The position numbers were made by a program, and so were the translations under genes. A stretch of DNA of 53,881 bases from Anthoceros angustus. Its lineage: Eukaryota > Plantae > Anthocerotophyta. A model generated the notes under the pieces. That model was given only the letters and a program-made list of their open reading frames with translations. It did no database searches and was not told where the DNA came from. The stretch spans positions 1-53,881 of the forward strand of contig MU008180.1 in assembly GCA_010909165.1 (NCBI GenBank), given 5' to 3'. Shown piece after piece: positions 50,810 through 53,881 of the stretch (position 1 is its first letter; each line of letters opens with the position of its first letter).

Positions 50810-51640
50810 GATAAGGACATCTCCGTCCTCAACAAAATTTAACTCTTCCAACTTGACTTTGAAATGCCTTCTTGTCGTCACAACTTCTTCTTTTCCTTGG
50901 TCCTTTTTTCAACTTCTCGCACTCTCTTTTAGAAGTGACCCTTTTGTGACAATAGTGACACTCCACATTCTTATTCTATTCTACGAAAGTTGCTACGAGG
51001 CTTACATCCAGGTTGCTTCCCTTTGCGGTGGACCTCCCTCTCATTTATGAGGGAACCTTTGGAACCTTTGGAAAGGTTCCATGTTTTCCTGTTCACCTCC
51101 TCGATTAACGGGCTACCTTCTACATTACTGATGGTAAGACCACTAGCGAGGCAAAATTACTCGAGGCTGCGAAAGGTGTCCCAACTCTCACGGTGATGTG
51201 ACCCATGCGAAACATAGCTCTCATGAATGCAGGGATGTGATACCTTGAGATGAGAGGGGCTGAAAATGGTGAAATCGTTGAGATGATCGGACATCCTCGT
51301 CCTTCCTTCATCTTCAAGTCCACGTTTGTATTCGAACAATACACAGCCGCACTTTGCTTCTCATAAGTCCTGACTTACGCCCGCAGTTCGTAACTTGTGG
51401 TCTTATCTTTCATTGAAGACCTTGTTTTTGACAATGTTAGCATGATAGTAGATCTAGCAAGCTCATCCAGTCCGCCACTCATCCGTGTCATACTATCGGT
51501 TTGGCGCCTAACAACTTTATGGGCTTGATCTGCTTTTTACGCACTAGAACATTATACACTTGTTCTTTCGAGCGGGAAGTTAGTACCATCTAACTTCTCG
51601 ATATTGAACATGACGTTTTCGATGATGAAGACATCATGAC
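50810..51640 (-). pseudogene. Copia element 4 gag with CCHC zinc knuckle
   Basis: FNIEKLDGTNF, LDELARSTIMLTLS, VDLKMKEG, MSDHLNDF, VECHYCHK.GH..REC (~50915-50970). Confidence 0.88.
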
Positions 51641-52167
51641 TCAAATCGTCTGGATGAAACACTTTCGACTCGCCTTGTCGGAAAGTCAAAAGAAAAAAGT
51701 CATCGTCTGGCGAAGTGTATTTACGCGTTCAACATGTTCGCCACGGATGTTTAAGCGGGTACCTTCGCCTTAGCATGCGCTTGACGCCAGCGATTATTTC
51801 AGTCGCAGGGTTACTTGAGCACCTGCTGGCGCCCTCGACGCCCGCTCCGGCCTACGCTGCGCGGCCCCAGTCTGTTGCCAGCGCTCGCGGCTTCTTATTA
51901 CCTGCGAACTTTCAGCTTCACGAAACCGGCAAGCGCATCAGCCAGCCAGCCCGCGTGTCCATGGCCGTAGCTGCGCCGGCTTTGACTGATCGTGACGTCT
52001 GCAAGGAGCTACCGACTCGCGGCCTCGCTCCGCTAAGCAGCCTCGCCCGCTCATGCGGCTTTGCCCGCGATTCGCGGCCCTCGCGCAATATGGATCACTG
52101 CAATTCTGCATTGCCGATCTGCGGCTAGGGTCTTAGCATCGCAACATCAACGGACGGCTACGATGCA

Positions 52168-52423
52168 GGTTGAAGAGATCGTGTGGCCGGCCATGATGGA
52201 GATGGAAGAGAGGGAGAGGAGGAAGCAAATGTATCTCTCACATTGAGATGAGGCTCTTGAGGGGTATTTATATACCCTCGATGAGGGCTCCCTAGGAAGG
52301 TCCACAAGCCCCTAGGAAACCCGGCAGGAAGCTTCCTGGTGATTAGCTTCGACTAAGTAATGATATTCGTGACACCCTAACTTGGACTAAGCGTATTAGT
52401 CCCTAAGTACATTGAACTTTAAT
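52168..52423 (-). repeat. Probable 5' LTR of copia element 4
   Basis: TATATAAATA on - strand at ~52265-52274; adjacent degenerate PBS-like GGCTACGATGCA (cf. GCTCTGATACCA) at ~52155-52166; lies upstream of gag. Confidence 0.5.
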
Positions 52424-52827
52424 ACGCCTGCGGTGGGGAACCTATCACTTAGTAAGGGCCAACGCTCCCTACAGTGGTAGGAGAGAGGAAAAAACTCCTA
52501 CCATCTTTGGAAGGAGTGTCCCTGCCGTGGGAAACATATTGCCTAAGGAAGGAAGTCATGTCCTGGGCATGATAAGCTTGCTATATATGGGGTCTTTTAG
52601 TGGACTAGATAAATAGGCAAAAATAAGAAATTAGGAAATGAGAGGCTAATTTTTAGCAAATAGAAATTAGGAAAATAGGGGAAAATGGTATTTTAGCATA
52701 AGGGGATTAGGAAACTGGCATCAATGGTAGGAAGGGTGCCGTCATGAGGCGATTGTGTAGCGTATGTTGGTGGTGAGGGAGCGGAGATTTTGGGCTGATT
52801 ATGCCCTGCAGGAGAAGTTGATCCACA

Positions 52828-53881
52828 AGGTCCCATCCATCTCAGCCTAAGCTTCCCTGGAAAGTCCAAGTACCGACTATCGGACAAAAGAACCAAATCC
52901 CCGGCCACGATAATCTCATGTTTCCTCAACCTTCCATCATGCCTATCTTTTCTAAGCTCCTGAATTCGCTGGGTTTCCTCCAAAGCATCTTCCCTACGTT
53001 CCTCCTGCTGTATGAAATATTCTAGTCTAGCTACTTGGCTATCCTCTACAGTCATGCGTTCATCCTCCATGATCTTGTAGGTCGGTACTTCAAATTCCAC
53101 GGGCATCACAGGAGACATGCCATATGTCAAATAATAAGGGGTCTTCTTGGTTGTTACCTTCTTCGCGGTCCTGTAAGCCCACAATGCTGAATGTAATTTA
53201 GCATCCCAATCGTACATGTGTGTTATAGTTACCTTGGTGAGGATTGTGCATAACAACCCGTTCGTCTTCTCCGTTAATCCGTTCTCTTTGGGGTTGTAAG
53301 GAGTCGTCTTTCGATGCCGGATGTTGAAGTAAGTGGTTAGAGACTCAACAACGGAGTTGAGGAAATGGGTTCCCCGGTCGCTGACCAACTCTAAAGGACA
53401 CCCGTACCTCGTTATAATATTCTCAAAGAGGAACTTCGCTATTGCAGGTGCGTCGTCCTTCCTTGTTGCCTCAGCCTCCACCATCTTCGTGCAATAGTCC
53501 GTGGCCACCAGAATGTACTGCTTCCTCATCCACTGTGTGGGTGGCTTGATCGGACCCACAAAATCTATTCCCCACTTCTCAAACGGTGCCAGCGGCAGTA
53601 TATAGGTGAGAGGCCACTGTGTCGACAAAGTAGGCCGCCCAACCCTCGACCGCAGCGTCACACCTCCAAAATAAATTCCCACACATCCTTTTGCATCAGC
53701 CCACCACTGCACCTAAGATCTTCTTCACGGTTATCATGCCGAATAGTACCGGCCTCCTCTGCGTCAACTTCCGTGACAAGGGCGGCTTCTCGATTTCAAA
53801 CATCATGCCAATCTTTTAAATGCGGGTGACAAGCTTGGCAAGACCCTCCCTTAGGCAATATGGCGCATCCTTATGGAAAGA
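52828..53881 (-). pseudogene. Gypsy integrase, core intact (Phygy-like non-chromovirus)
   Basis: ORF 52693-53712: PFEKWGIDFVGP, ILVATDYCTK, RYGCPLELVSDRGTHF, TTPYNPKENGLTE, ALWAYRT, GKLRLRWMGP; last 44 codons are read-through into non-integrase sequence. Confidence 0.95.

Noticed and set aside
52693-52827. Novel C-terminal extension or chromodomain on the integrase ORF
   Set aside because: Pro/Ser-rich read-through into inserted sequence; no chromodomain residues.

Overview
Eukaryotic, most likely non-seed-plant (bryophyte/lycophyte/fern-like) repeat-rich DNA made almost entirely of nested, decayed LTR retrotransposons. No intact host gene, RNA gene or CRISPR array is supportable, and most ORFs in the supplied track are spurious frames across GC-rich or low-complexity element sequence. 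Main contents: (1) 1-4000 (+) a Ty3/gypsy element with RT, RNase H, integrase and a C-terminal PHD finger, ending in an unusual repeat-spacer-repeat (duplicated short LTR) structure; (2) three copies (4001-5417 +, ~18.9-22.8 kb +, ~45.9-50.0 kb -) plus one diverged relative (~23.2-25.8 kb -) of the 3' half of a non-chromovirus gypsy family ('family A') that carries a long sense-strand extra ORF between integrase and the 3' LTR, followed by a ~30-bp tandem array; (3) a decayed gypsy gag-pol at 40.5-45.5 kb (-) and a largely intact integrase at 52.8-53.7 kb (-); (4) four Ty1/copia remnants, all on the - strand, one split by a 1.9-kb nested insertion; (5) several LTR-like repeat families (B, C, D) and a strongly over-represented palindrome CCTAC-N4-GTAGG; (6) a non-TE-looking stretch at 11.8-15.4 kb with a duplicated unknown peptide block and an LRR-like remnant. 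Alignments and frameshift-stitched translations were done by eye, so boundaries are approximate unless a terminal motif is quoted.
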